The notes beneath the pieces are model-generated. The model was not told the origin of the DNA and searched no databases. It worked only from the letters and a program-made list of their open reading frames with translations. Below are positions 40,518 through 53,922 of a stretch of 64,000 nt of DNA, in pieces. The stretch's first letter is position 1, and every line of letters begins with the position of its first letter. The stretch covers positions 67,456,001 to 67,520,000 of the forward strand of contig OX597816.1 of the NCBI GenBank assembly GCA_951406725.2, in the 5' to 3' direction. The stretch is from Octopus vulgaris (taxonomy: Eukaryota). A program made the translations under genes and the position numbers.

Positions 40518-41705
40518 GATTACCTTCCTCTGCCTGGAACCTCATATGTCACAACATAGCGAAGACATGACACGATGTAGGTAAAGAAATTTGAGAAATT
40601 TTAAAAGAAAATACGAAACCGGTTATTTCTCCAAAAACTATGTTACTATACACAAAATTTTATAACATTTTTCTAACATAACGACTTAAATATATTCTTT
40701 AACCTTATAACACAAGCCTTCTGTAGTTTTTCCACTCTTTTTTATTTTTTATACATCGAACCACGTACTCTCACACACCAACTCCTATATATATATAGGT
40801 GAGAGAGTTGGTGTGTGAGAGTACGTGGTTCGATGTATAAAAAATGAAAAAGAGTGGAAAAACTACAGAAGGCTTGTGTTATAAGGTTAAAGAATATATT
40901 TAAGTCGTTATGTTAGAAAAATGTTATAAAATTTTGTGTATAGTAACATAGTTTTTGGAGAAATAACCGGTTTCATTTTTCTTTTAAAATTTCTCAAATT
41001 TCTTTACCTACATCGTGTCATGTCTTCGCTATGTTGTGACATATGGGGTTCCAGGCAGAGGAAGGTAATCAGGGATTTCTTCTGGTATAAGGGAGATAAT
41101 AGTTTTATATTATTTCAATGAGATGAGTTTCCTTGTTTAAATATGTTAGAAATGGTTAAGTTTTGGCTTATATTTTTCAATGAAGAATGTTTCCTTGTCT
41201 AATCTAATTTGTGTTGGTGTTCCAATAGCACATTTATAGAATGGAAAGATTATAAATTGTGGTAGTAGTTGCTTTGCGCATTTATCAATATGTTCACTAA
41301 AGGGTATCGTTTTGTATTCTGGGAATGCAATCTGTAGTCAATGCAGAGTGCATCTGCGTCTGAGCGATAATCCCGTGGACCCTATGTAGCTTTGGCGGCA
41401 GCCCGAGCATCTTATGACATAAATTAGGTTTTCTGAAGCACAAGTAAAATTAGATTTGATCTTGAATTTTTTACCCTCTTTGAAGAGGAATTCTGATCCT
41501 TCTAGAAGATTTGGGCATGTTGCGCAGTTTGGTATACCACATTTTTTTTACTTTTGCATCCGTTATTTCAGAAAACAATTTTGCCCTTGTGAGGATCTTT
41601 TTTAGTGATTTAGGTTGTTTGTAGCTTTTAATGATTTTATGTATGTTTAAAATTTCCTTTAATTTGGGGTCCTTATGAAGCATTGGTAAATTCTGGGTGA
41701 TGATG
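40514..41705 (-). mobile_element. 5'-truncated Penelope-like element: GIY-YIG endonuclease relic + 3' LTR + inverted LTR copy
   Basis: Minus translation: SYKQPKSLKKILTRAKL..(frameshift)..CGIPNCATC..FTCASENLIYVIRCSGCRQSYIGSTG..RRRCTLH*..RLDKETFFIEKYKPKLNHF* (stop at 41146). 40514-40784 and 40805-41074 are ~270-bp inverted arms around a short (TA)n. Confidence 0.9.
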
Positions 41706-42284
41706 GTGAAAGTTTCTTTGTTTCTGGGGTTGTATTTATATGTACGACGAGTTTATTTCAGTGTGTGTGTACCAAATCCACTCACAAGGCTTTGGCCGTC
41801 CCGGGGCTACAATAAAATACACTTTTCCAATGTGCCGCGCAGCAGTGGGAGTGAACCCGGGACCAAGAGGCTGGGAAGCAAACTTATTACCTCACAGTCA
41901 CTCTGGAGAAATAGAACTCAATAAATGAGTGTATTATATTTTCATTGTTTAATCAGCAGCAAATTACAAAAGTGACTTCGGCTGCTGTCTTGGTTTGGGG
42001 ATGGATTCTTCTTCTATATTTGGGTGCTGAAAGCTGGAGATAATTACAGCGAACTCTCTTTTCATTACGTGTTTCAATTAATACGTAAAAAAACCCCCAA
42101 AATATTTGTTTTTTTTCCATCATGAAATGTGACCGGAATTTCCAGCCGGAATTTGTAACTTTCAATCCCTAGAAAGTTACAAAAGTATCTGAAGAACCAA
42201 GGGGCTTGTGCGTTGCACTCATTAAACTGTTTGAGTTTGTGTATGTGTTGTGCATATACCTGTGAGCTGGCAGAAACGTTGGAA

Positions 42285-42505
42285 AGGCGGCGAGCTGACA
42301 GAAACGTTAGCACGCCGGACGAAATGCGTATCCGTATTTCGTCTGCCGTTACATTCTGGGTTCAAATTCCGCCGAGGTCGACTTTGCCTTTCATCCTTTC
42401 GAGGTCGATAAATTAAATACCAGTTACGCACTGGGGTCGATGTAATCAACTTAATTCGTTTGTCTGTCCCCTCTATGTTTAGCCCCTTGTGGGTAATAAA
42501 GAAAC
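42285..42505 (+). mobile_element. SINE family B
   Basis: aggcggcgagctg..cagaaacgttagcacgcc...gtcgactttgcctttcatcctttcg...gtgggtaataaagaaa. Confidence 0.85.
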
Positions 42506-42811
42506 ATATACGTGTGTGTGTGTGTGTGTAAGGTAAGAGAAATACCTCACTGGTATGAATGTAGAGAATAAAACCTAAGTGTATTAAACAACGCACACGA
42601 TAAATTTTTGATTTTTGATTGAAATTATCTTCACTTCGAAGTAACTGACTGGTCATTAAAGAAACGACAGTCTGTTCTTTTTGGAATGAAGAAGACAGCT
42701 GCGACACATGTTTCGGCATCGATAGGTGTCCTTGTCATAGCTATTGCCCGACTTTGACTCTAACAAAAATAAGACTTAGGCATATACGAAAAGAATAGGC
42801 AACATTTATGG

Positions 42812-42961
42812 TTCTATATTTAAGAGATGAGGAATTATGTAGATTGTTTACATTATTTATTAACCACTACGCAATATGCTCACAGTCATATGGCGTAGTG
42901 GTTAAGAGCGAGGGCTACTAACCCCAAAACTCAGAGTTCGATTCTAGGCAGTGACCTTGAT

Positions 42962-43031
<70 letters not shown>

Positions 43032-43191
43032 GCAACATCAAACAATACCTTAGGAATGAGAACCCAGGTTCAAAATTTCCCCAAGACACCTGATGAAGGC
43101 TGGAGGGTATATCAGCCGAAACGTTGTGTTAACAACAAAGATGAGGACAAATATCCGTCAAATATAAATAATGTAAATAATGCAAATAATG
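42812..43191 (+). mobile_element. tRNA-headed, hammerhead-tailed non-autonomous retroelement with 5' inverted segment and 11-bp TSD
   Basis: A box tggcgtagtgg (42891), B box gttcgattc (42936), (aat)n spacer, hammerhead at 43085-43130. TSD aacatttatgg at 42801-42811 and 43192-43202. Confidence 0.8.
43085..43130 (+). ncRNA. Minimal type-I hammerhead ribozyme motif
   Basis: gacac CTGATGA a ggctg gagggtatat cagcc GAAA cg TT gtgtt: stem I gacac/gtgtt, stem II ggctg/cagcc, palindromic stem III aacgtt. Confidence 0.75.
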
Positions 43192-43583
43192 AACATTTAT
43201 GGCGCAGAAAAATTTGCATAATTAAAACGAAAAGAGTTAAGAGAAGTAATTCAGTGTGGACAGTGACCTGATTTTGGATTATGAAGATCAATAAAGGTAT
43301 ATTAAATATCATACAAATGCTTGAATTCTTGAAATTATTTCCGCCTCATGGGGAAGTAAGCAAACACCTGGTGTCAGCTGCTACCGATTATGAATGAGAA
43401 AGGGAAATAATCTCAAGAATAAAAAGTTATCCGAAATTGACATGTCAAGAAGTCAGTCTGTATTTTTTTGAAGACAAGAGGACAGCTGTGGACACGTGTT
43501 TATGTCATATACATACATACATATGTATATATATATATAGGTATGTAGGTATACATACATACATACATGCATACATACATACA

Positions 43584-43664
<81 letters not shown>

Positions 43665-43666
<2 letters not shown>

Positions 43667-43850
43667 CGCCATGATTGACCGCTAGCTACTAAAGTTTTCT
43701 TTTTGTATTCTGTCTCTGTTTATATTCTCGTGCTCCTTTCTGTTGAAGAGCGTAGGCTCGAAACGTAAAAGACTTCCTCACCATCCCGAGCGTTAAATTA
43801 ATACACCCGTTTGTTGTCTTTCGTTTTTTTTTGGAAATTACAACCATAAA
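43665..43850 (+). mobile_element. PLE-LTR-like element with variant hammerhead motif
   Basis: cttt CTGTTGA a gagc gtag gctc GAAA cg TA aaag at 43736-43771; distantly related to 35068-35252. Confidence 0.65.
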
Positions 43851-43949
43851 TATAAATTTTTTGCCCTCAAATGTATATACACGTTAACAGCCGATAACTA
43901 AATTTTCATTTTATTTTCTATTTATTCCGTTAGGAATAATTAAGGGAAA

Positions 43950-44873
43950 CAAACTAAGCTTTGGACAAAAGTACTACTGGAAGTTTATAAACGCAATCGA
44001 ACTGCAAAGACAGTTTAGGAAGAAGTTTTAAACAGATCTACTTACTCATCATCACTCGAAGTTTGAAACAGATGGTCACAAAAATCTCCCAGAAGACTAC
44101 AGACATCAACGAGCCCCACAAGGCAGGAAAAGATACAAGAAACAGGTTCAGAATCCTAGAAAATCTGTGCAGCAGCAATTAATGAGATGAGAATTTCAAA
44201 ACTAAGCGTCCATCGCACCTTGAAGCGTTCTCAGTGGAAAAGTTACATTCCTGGAAGACCCTGTGTTTCCAATGGAGAAGATTCGGACCGAAGGATGGAA
44301 TTTTGCAGGTGATACTTGGCAAGATGCGTAGAAGATGTAACTTTCCAACAAAGATTATAATGATGAGGCAACATTTAAATTAAACGGTTCAATTAACTGC
44401 CAAAATTGCATCTACTGCTGACTTAGAGTTCGGTTATTACAGAGGAACTTCATATCAATTTAATAAGAGGAGTTACGGTATAGTGTAACTTATCACCAAA
44501 AAGATTTATTGGGCCATTCTTTTTTGACGGTACTGTGAGTGGTCCCACTTACTTGAATTTGCTTACACGACAATCTGTCGTGTAAAGCACCCAAGAAAAT
44601 TACGAAGATGAGTTTTATTTCTAACAAGGCGGGCCACTCTTGCACTATCATAGTATTGTTTGGTCCTACTTTCATGAAATTTTGCCAAAGACGAGGATTG
44701 GACGCAGAGTTTCATCAACTTACACTCCGCCTTCATTTGACCTTGCATCACTAGACTTTTTGTGAAGACGCTTAAAAGATTGTCCTAAATTTTGAAAAGG
44801 AAAAATGGATTTTAATAGACCGACTTTATGATCATTCAATGTCTGCTCTGCATACATTTTTGGGGACACATTG

Positions 44874-44874
<1 letters not shown>
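43950..44874 (+). pseudogene. Highly degenerate Tc3-like (Tc1/mariner) transposon
   Basis: Fragments [26 protein letters not shown]-like and DLASLDF; right end ttttggggacacattgta resembles a TIR + TA. Confidence 0.65.
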
Positions 44875-44947
<73 letters not shown>

Positions 44948-44983
44948 AAAAGGGGATTTGACCTCCAATTTTCTCTCTCTCAC

Positions 44984-45077
<94 letters not shown>

Positions 45078-45167
45078 CATATACACACACACATGCATAA
45101 CATGTTTATATGCACAAACACACATGTATTATACACACCTCCCACACACATATTTATGTGTATATAC

Positions 45168-45202
<35 letters not shown>

Positions 45203-46054
45203 AATTTCTAAGTACGTATGTATTTATACATCTGTATACTCATATGTATGCACATTTATGTGTGCGCGCGCACGTCTGTGCATATTTGCATTACAGAAAT
45301 ATATTTTTAACAGTTTAAACATAGAATTTAAATTTATTATTAATAACACATATGTAAAATATATAAAAGGTAAAATAAAAACCATACGGTAAAGATATAA
45401 ATAATAATTATGTTCCCCCCCTCTCCCAAATATTGCGAAATTAAATTATGAAACCAGCAGAGGTCTGAGTCAAGAATGCAATATGTATTTTTATGTATAT
45501 TTTGAAATTGTTTATAATTTATTGTAAGATTTCGTAAAGAAATCTCTTGGGATATAATTTGCGGAATGTTTTGAGAGAATTTCAGAAATGTGTTATTTCC
45601 TTGTTAATCCTTTCTCGAGAGGCTATTTTGATAAATATATCTTAATTGATCTTATCCAAATAATCAATAATTTTATTTTTAGGGTTTCTACGTAATACTT
45701 GAGTGTGTTTTGTAGAAAATAAAACAGAAAATATTCACAACATTTTAGTGGTGATGGGGTAGAGGTTGTGGAAGTGGTGGTGCGTTTAAAAAATCTTTTT
45801 CATAAAATTTTATGAATTCACTTCCTAATTAACTCATGTTACGTCACCTGAGATATCCCTCTCACATCACAGCTAAAATATAATCCCATCCGATAACTTC
45901 CTTCCTTTCTTTCTATCTTTCCTTCCTTTAAAAGAAAATATGTTGGCCACTTTAAGTGGTTTCTAACTTAGCTTCAGTACATATAGTTATGACCAATAGG
46001 GCCATAGATTTGAGTACCAAACAAAATAATCTCCATGTGGTATTTAAAAATATG

Positions 46055-46510
46055 AAGGCGGCGAGCTGGCAGAAACGTTAGCACGCCGGGCGAAATGCTT
46101 AGCAGTATTTCGTCTGTCGCTACGTTCTGAGTTAAAATTCCGCCGAGGTCGACCTTGCCTTTCATCCTTTCGGGGTCGATTAAATAAGTACCAGTTACGC
46201 ACTGGGGTCGATATAATCGACTTAATCTATTTGTCTGTCCTTGTTTGTCCTCTCTGTGTGTAAAGAATTAAGTATTAAAAAAAATATGTATGCATCCCAA
46301 GTCATATTTATATCTTTAATAATCTTATATTTAGTCTCTTTGGGAATGTAGGATCAATGCTGAAACAATATCGCATGGTTTTCCGAAGTTGACTTTGCCT
46401 TTCATCCTTTCGGGGTCGATAAATTAAGTACCAGTTTCGTACTAGAATCGATCTAATCGACTGGCCCCCTCCACCAAAATTTCGGGCCTTGTGCCTAGAG
46501 TAGAAAAGAA
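46055..46510 (+). mobile_element. Two SINE family B copies with alternative 3' tails
   Basis: 46055-46260 has the long tail (ttgtctgtccttgtttgtcc); 46388-46510 has the short tail (ggccttgtgcctagagtagaaaagaa). Confidence 0.8.
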
Positions 46511-46716
46511 TATCGCAAGGTTTTCGACAGTTTGGAGTGAAGATCAAATTTAATAGTTTCGTCTTCTTTATTAAGAACTCATCAGTGATCGCTTACTTTT
46601 GTTTTCCAAGTTACCGAAACAACAGAAACAAGAAGTTAATTTTAATTTTTTTTCCTCCCATCTGGGAAAGAAGAACCCTCGTTTCCTCCGCCCTCCCATA
46701 AGTGAAAAGTAGATAG

Positions 46717-46767
<51 letters not shown>

Positions 46768-47598
46768 GGGAGAGGGAGAGAGAAGGAGAGAGAGAAATAG
46801 GGATAATAGAATTGAAGTTGAAGAAAGGAAGAATATAAAGGAGCTACAAAGAAAAAAAGAAATAAGAAAAAAACAAAACAAGAGCAAGAACAACGACGGC
46901 GACGACGACTCCCCACCTCCACGACAACCACCACCACCACCACCACCACCACCACCACCACAACAACAACAACAATAACAAACACTACAGCAAGAAAACA
47001 ATGACTACGACGACAATGTCGATGATGGCGGCGTGGGCAGTGACGATGGCAGTAGTGTGAAAGGCATAAACTTGCTGCACAATATTGTTTACGAAAGAAA
47101 GTCTTCTGCATCTCAATGGAATTCTATAATACTTCAAACAGTCTTATCTTTAGCGATCTCCATAATACATCAATCATTCCATGACAGATTCTGTGCTCCA
47201 AATAGTTCGTTACCCCATCATTGTAAACCTTTGACCTGCCTGGCAAATTTTTTTCTAATTATTTTAAAATTGTGTTATTCTAAATATAGTTTTGAAATAG
47301 AAGTGTTGGTTGTTTATCTCTCCTCTTTATACGCATGTTCCAGTCACGTTTCTGCAGCTGCATTTTGGTGAGTAGATTGCCAGAATTGTTTGAACGTCGA
47401 AAAATTGTGAGGTTTCCCTTCGTGGTCGCAATTATTACAAGGGCGATAATAATTCGAAATAGTGCAATTTGAATTTGAAATTAAGGAATTATAAGGAAAT
47501 AAAATCCACAGAATTTACATATTTATAGTTCTGCTTTTTGTTTACTTATTACGATGTAATAGGTAAAGAAAGATATTCCGACCGTGACCATACAATGC

Positions 47599-47874
47599 TC
47601 TTAAAACTACATTATCAAATATGCTCTTATTTTTCTATGATTGTAGCGTGTGATTTGAGGGACATTTGGCTGTTATTTTGGGAGGTTACATCTTAAAACT
47701 ACATTATCAAATATGGTCTTATTTTTCTGTGATTGTAGCGTGTGATTTGAGGGACATTTGGCTGTTATTTTGGGAGGTTATGTCTTAAAACTACATTATC
47801 AAATATGGTCTTATTTTTCTGTGAATGTAGGGTGTGATTTGAGGGACATTTGGCTGTTATTTTAGGAGGTTATG
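47599..47874. repeat. 3 x 92-bp tandem repeat within an old interspersed repeat
   Basis: Units start tcttaaaactacattatc at 47599, 47691 and 47783. Confidence 0.9.
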
Positions 47875-48754
47875 TGATCATGTTGAGGCACACAAGCTGG
47901 CTCGAGGTGCAAGACCTGTTTTATTATAGGTTGTTTCTCAACATTGTATTCTATATTCTGTGCGTGCACTCCTTTCATCACTGGTTTTGTTTTCATTCCA
48001 GCATTTATTCAAATATAAATACTGATTTTGACAAAGTATTAAAGTTCCATTATTTGTTGGATAGGTAATGAAAATTAGAATTAAGATAAAATTAAGATTA
48101 AGATTGAATTATAATTAATGTTATAATTACTATAAAAATCAAAATTAACTTAAAATTACAATTAAAATTAAAAATCTAAATAAATTAAATTAAATATTTA
48201 AAACTACAAATAGCCTTACAATTAATGTAAATTGAAATTATCTTACATTTGAAATTAAATAATGCCTATTAAATCAAAATTAAAATTTGAAATGAATAAA
48301 GTAATTTGAACTAGAATAAAATACTAAAAAATAAAATAAAATTATAATTAAAATTAAATTGAAAATTAATTCAAAATACAATTAAAATCAAAATTAGAAT
48401 GAAAAGAAACTAAAATGAAGTTATAATCGCAATTATTGTTCAAATCACAATTACAATTATCTCATTATGTTGCTGGTGTTAATTTCAACACACCATGATG
48501 TACAGAAGGCTTGCCCTGCGCACCGTTTCCACTCGGAACCAATAGTGATTAAAACCAAATTCTAAATGTCATGAAATCTAACACTTTGCTTCCGTCTCAA
48601 TTATCTTTATCACCTTTAAAGCTGTTAATCGTTTCTCTCCTCATGTACGAAACTCAGAGAACATAACCTTTGACAAGTCATGAGGACGAACACAAAATCT
48701 TTTAGGAAGGAGTGAGTTCAGCTCATTCCGAAGAAACACTGGTCAATATTATAC

Positions 48755-48982
48755 TATCTATCTATCTATCTATCCGCTCAGTCGAAGTCGACTCTCGGTC
48801 ACTCGTTGGATCAGTGTCCTCCAATCAGTTCTATCCTGAGGCGCTTCTTTCAGATTGGCTATGTCCATTCCGGTATCCCTCTTGATGGTGTCAAGCCAGC
48901 GGGTTCTTGGTCGGCCTCTTCTTCTCTTGCAACTGACCATTCCGAGCATGATGTCCTTCTCCAGGGATTTTCTCCGCATACA
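48755..48982 (-). pseudogene. RTE/BovB-like LINE extreme 3' end with (GATA)n tail
   Basis: MRRKSLEKDIMLG..KRRRGRPRTRWLDTIK..WRTLIQRVTESRLRLSG*. Confidence 0.85.
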
Positions 48983-49740
48983 ATATTATACATCGCTATA
49001 ATATTGTGCTGGGAGAGTCGTTAGCACATCGGACCAAATGCTGAGTGGTATTTCTTCTGACTGTTTACATTCCGAGTGCAAATACTGTCGACGTCCACTT
49101 TGCCTTTTAGCCTTTCAGGGTCGATAAAATAAGTACCAGTTAAACACTGGGGTCGATGTTGTCGACTTCCGTTTCTCCTTTAAAAAGCTAGCCCTGTGAC
49201 TAAATTAGAAAGAATTTTACACAGCAATGCTGTTGATATATCACCTCGTGGTGCCTACATACGGTTTAACTTACCGGGCCTTTGAAACATAAAACTTAAA
49301 TGTGTTGGCTATGGATACTCAACCTCATTTGTCTTGAGCCAATGAGGAAACCTCATCACAAATGGTTTTACAATCACGAATGGTTATATAATATCTGTGC
49401 TACAGGTATCAGAAATAAAAACAGAACTGTTATATGTAACCACGAGCAGAATGCTCCACCCCCGTCCAATGGATGGTGCTGAGTTGTCAAACATTTAAAC
49501 CAAATTTTCTCAGAACAACTTGTCCGACTGTCCCATAGAAACACTGATTTAACCTAAATTTGATACTCTAGCAAAAGAAGAAATAAAGATAGACTTTTTT
49601 TCTATTCCAAAGAAAAACGATTTTATTCACTTCATCGATCGCATTCTCACCTGGAATCGATTTTTGTAATTTTTTCAAGACTTATACACGCCCCGATACC
49701 GTCGGTATCTATATATCAAATTTCAGCGATAAAGAAAAAT

Positions 49741-49813
<73 letters not shown>

Positions 49814-50035
49814 AAAGAAAAAAGAAATGGCTAAAATTTTCGTTTTGGAAACTTTAAAGCAGTTACGATCATACGGATAGCGAGAAATACGTGGTTCGAG
49901 TTTCTATTCACATTTCTTTTCAGTCTAAGATTTGTGTTAATAAAGTGTTTAATCTCTCTATATAAAACTTTTTATATAAAGTGTGTGCATGTATGTATGT
50001 ATGTATGTATGTATGTATGTATGTATGTATGTATG

Positions 50036-50066
<31 letters not shown>

Positions 50067-50104
50067 GCTTGCCTTCCTGCATGTATGTATGCATGTATGC
50101 ATAT

Positions 50105-52430
50105 TAGGGTTACAAATATTTTTGCAACTCCATAGTCCTGTATGATATTCTAATGAGCCTTTGTATCTGATCAAAAAAGTTCACCTATGACTAACTTTGA
50201 AATGTTTATACTCGAACTAGAACCCTGGTTGAATAATAAATAAAATAAAGGGAAACGATCCAAAATGTTAAAAGAACTGTATTCTATATATAAAGTCAAA
50301 TTAGTCAATATAAAGTCAAATTAGTCAATAGTCAAGTTACGGCAAGTCATTAGAGAGATTGAAACGCAGTGGTAGGTTGGTTTTGTTCTTGCATATGGCG
50401 TATAGTTCTTGCATGACCTTAATTGCTCGCTCACAGCACTGATTGCTTCTGCTGACGTTTAGTTCTGATGGCACTTGTTTGTCAAGCATTTCAAAGCAGT
50501 CTTGTAGGGTAGTAAGGCTTGCGATAGCTCTGCATAATCTTCAGCTCTATACACTTGGTCACTGAACCAGTGGTCCACCCAGTCATATGAGATGAACTGG
50601 CAGACCATCTGCAATCTATCTCTCACATGTGGCATGAGGAAAAATGCAAGAAGAGCTAAGACTGCTCGCGAATTCCATCTGGCATTACTGATGTTCGGAA
50701 TTTTCTGTAACTTGATGAAAGGTAGGCCTCCGTTTTCATGGAAGAACTTGAAGGCACGAGTTAAGTGAAACAGAAACTTTATATCATCTCTCCAGCCAGT
50801 TCGATCTTCAATGACATAGGTTCCATTATGGAAGGAGCTCTGGAGTCCTTCATAACTTGTCATAAGTTCTTTGACAAAAAAAATGTTCGGCGAGTTGCTT
50901 GTGCCTGCTAGCTCCTCATCCATAACAACGCGCAGGATTCTGTCCAAGACATAGTGTTGATAGCTCACAAATTGTGGCCTGTCATAGCCTTTGCTCAAGA
51001 ACATTCTCTGCAGTCTAACCACTACCCAACTCTTTTGTCCTGTATTCACACTCGTCGTATCAGCAATAATCATTGAGATTGTGCCCCACAAGTGAAATTC
51101 GTCCAAGACGCTTTTCAATCCTTCGGCAATGGTTTCAGCTTGGCCATCACACAGCTTCAGAGCAGCTAGCTAGATTTCATTTGTTTCATTCTTGATGACA
51201 ACCGCTTGATATTCATTTCCGTCAATATGGTTACCATCGAAATGCAGGCTCCATTTCTGATTGCGTAGCGAATCGATCAAGTGTTTCTTCATTTCACCAG
51301 CTTTCTTGAAGAGTGCCTTGTAAATACCTTGCTGACTAGGAGCTGGGATATCAATGACCTCCTCTGACAACTGGTTGCAGATTTTCGCAGCTTTGTTGGT
51401 AGAGACGTTTGTTCCAGTTACAAGTCTCGTAGCAATTGCAGATGTGTTGTGCTTTCTTGTGGAGGAATAAGTGACATTACTTTCACTATCATTTTGATCA
51501 ACTCTGTCATCTTCACCATAATTGTACACTTCCATCTCTTCTTCTTCAGAGTCACTGTCAGTATCCAGAGCTGTTGGGTTTGGTAAAGAATGGGAGGCTT
51601 CAGCATCAGAGCATCTTCTCTTGAAAGGATGGAGAGTGTGCGTGCTTGCAGCTTTGCCTGTCGAAGAGCCAAATTTGCCCTTGTTTTGGAGTTGAATGAA
51701 ATACAACTTTTTGTCACCAGCATTGAGCCATTCACCGTGGACTTTGGTGATATCGAACAGTTCTTCTAATGGCTCAAATTCTCATTTCTTGGCATATTTT
51801 TCAATCAAATAAAGCACATTTTCGAACTTGAACCCTATTGCTTGCTCGGAAATGATTGGAAAATTCAGTTTATCTCTCCAAAATAGTGTCACCTCTCTTG
51901 ATAATTCTGCCACTCTCTCCTGCCTTTAATTGGTTTCCCAAGAAACTGGTATCGACCAACAAACTATTCTTTGAGTGACATTCGGCTTCTGTTGGCTAGT
52001 AAGGCTTCTTCTACAGGTACATGACCTCTAGATGAATGGGACTGGAACTGCACCAAATCCTCCTCGAGGCTTTTCTTGAATGTCACACCGCTAGCAGTCA
52101 TGCAGAGCTCACACTGAAACCGAAATAAGGGCGAAAGTGAAAGAAGAACTTAATTATTTGCTTCACGACTAAGAATGATGACTCAGCAATACAATCTAAT
52201 CACCACTGAAGTCTTATAAATGATAAGAATTTATTGAATTTATTGCGAGGCAACCTTGCCCATATTCAAACAAGTTTTGCATAAGAATACAAACATGAAT
52301 TCATGGGTGAACTTTTTTTAAAGATAGCTCAAAAGTGAGTTCACTTTAGTTACTTAGGCATAAAGGTTCATCTAAATATGATACAGGAAATTGTTTTTGA
52401 GGAAAAAAGAATTAAAAAGTTGTATCCCTA
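50105..52430 (-). mobile_element. hAT-superfamily-like DNA transposon (2.3 kb) with decayed transposase
   Basis: Termini taggg.tacaa / ttgta.cccta with subterminal inverted similarity; approximate 8-bp TSD atgcatat/atgtatgt. Motifs SLHFDG, ADTTSVNTG, (C)QH.VLDRIL, SNARWNSR and NQCCERAIK. Confidence 0.75.
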
Positions 52431-52574
52431 ATGTATGTATGTATGTATGTATGTATGTATGTATGTATGTATGTATGTATGTATGTATGTATGTATGTAT
52501 GTATGTATGGTTGCTTTTCTGTATGTATGCATTCATTCATATATGTATGTATGTATGTATCTCTACCTACCTAC

Positions 52575-52682
<108 letters not shown>

Positions 52683-52812
52683 TTATCTATCTAGTTGAGT
52701 GGAACTTCAAGTTCCGGCTTTATAATCAATAAGTTTCCCTCTATTAAAATGTTTAAGTGTCGCCATCAGTAAATGTTCCATTGTTTTCAGAAGTTGATCA
52801 ACAATGCCGGAT

Positions 52813-52859
<47 letters not shown>

Positions 52860-53572
52860 TTAGTAGCTGTAATTGTTAAGGAGTGACTTAACGATCTAGA
52901 GTTACATTCGAAAACACTTAGGTAACTGAGTAGGATAAGTGCGTTGATACGTAAATCTAAGCCGTGGAATCACTCACATAACAATCACGGTTCATAAAAG
53001 ATGACAAACTCTGCTTTATTTATTGAATACTTTTTTTCTCTCTCCTTCTCTCTCTCTCTCTCATCCGTTTGTAAAACCCAGCATGGCTATACACATATAC
53101 ATTTGCCCATACACATGCACATATATGCGCGCGAAGTATTGATGCTCATGACGTTGATACTAAGGGACATATCCTTAACGACATACGTAGCGGGGACTAG
53201 CGAAAACTTTCGTTTATTTTTACGTCGCTTGGTGTCCGGTGTCTGCTAAAAATCTATGCTGGAATAATTGCGGCTAGATATGAGAAAACACTTAGCTGAC
53301 AACGTAGCCTTTGACCTTTCACCGTAATATGTCAAATGTTAATAGTGATCAAACCATGAAACGAGAGTATCCAAAGATAGGGAAAAGATAGGGGTAAGTA
53401 AACGATATGAGGGACAAATTGGAGTATGTTTATGGACGCTATTTGTCTGGTTCTTTAATCTATCAGAACCCACTGTAGCTGGGGTGTAATGTATATTGTA
53501 ATAGAGCCAAACAATGAATTACCAACTGCAGAAGGGACGATAATGCTTCAAGAATACAAATTAATATGTATG

Positions 53573-53604
<32 letters not shown>

Positions 53605-53922
53605 CGTGTGTGCGCGTGTACACACGCAGATATGTGTGTGTGTGTGTATGCGTATATGTTGTTTGGAAGCAGGGCAGCTCACATGACCTTTAACAAATTC
53701 CCTAAAATTGATGGTGGTGTGAGGGTGAAACGGAGGTTGAAACTACAACTCATGGGTTGCGGCAGCATGAAACAGCGCATCAGCATATTTAGTTATCTGT
53801 CTTTAGATCGGAACTTTGGCCAGCATGAATGAATACATGTATCCGTGTGTGTGTGTCGGCGTGCATATGTGGGTGTATGTATATGGACACACACACACAC
53901 ACACACACATACACACATTGTT

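Noticed and set aside
40555-40630. Possible hammerhead in the PLE LTR (tacGAAACCGGTTa)
   Set aside because: A palindromic stem III is present but I found no convincing CTGANGA core.
42690-42755. Minus-strand ccGAAACATGT and similar decayed motif at 32500-32540
   Set aside because: Cores too degenerate to call as ribozymes; at most decayed PLE LTR fragments.
48060-48460. AT-rich quasi-periodic aattaa region
   Set aside because: Decayed simple repeat with no further structure.
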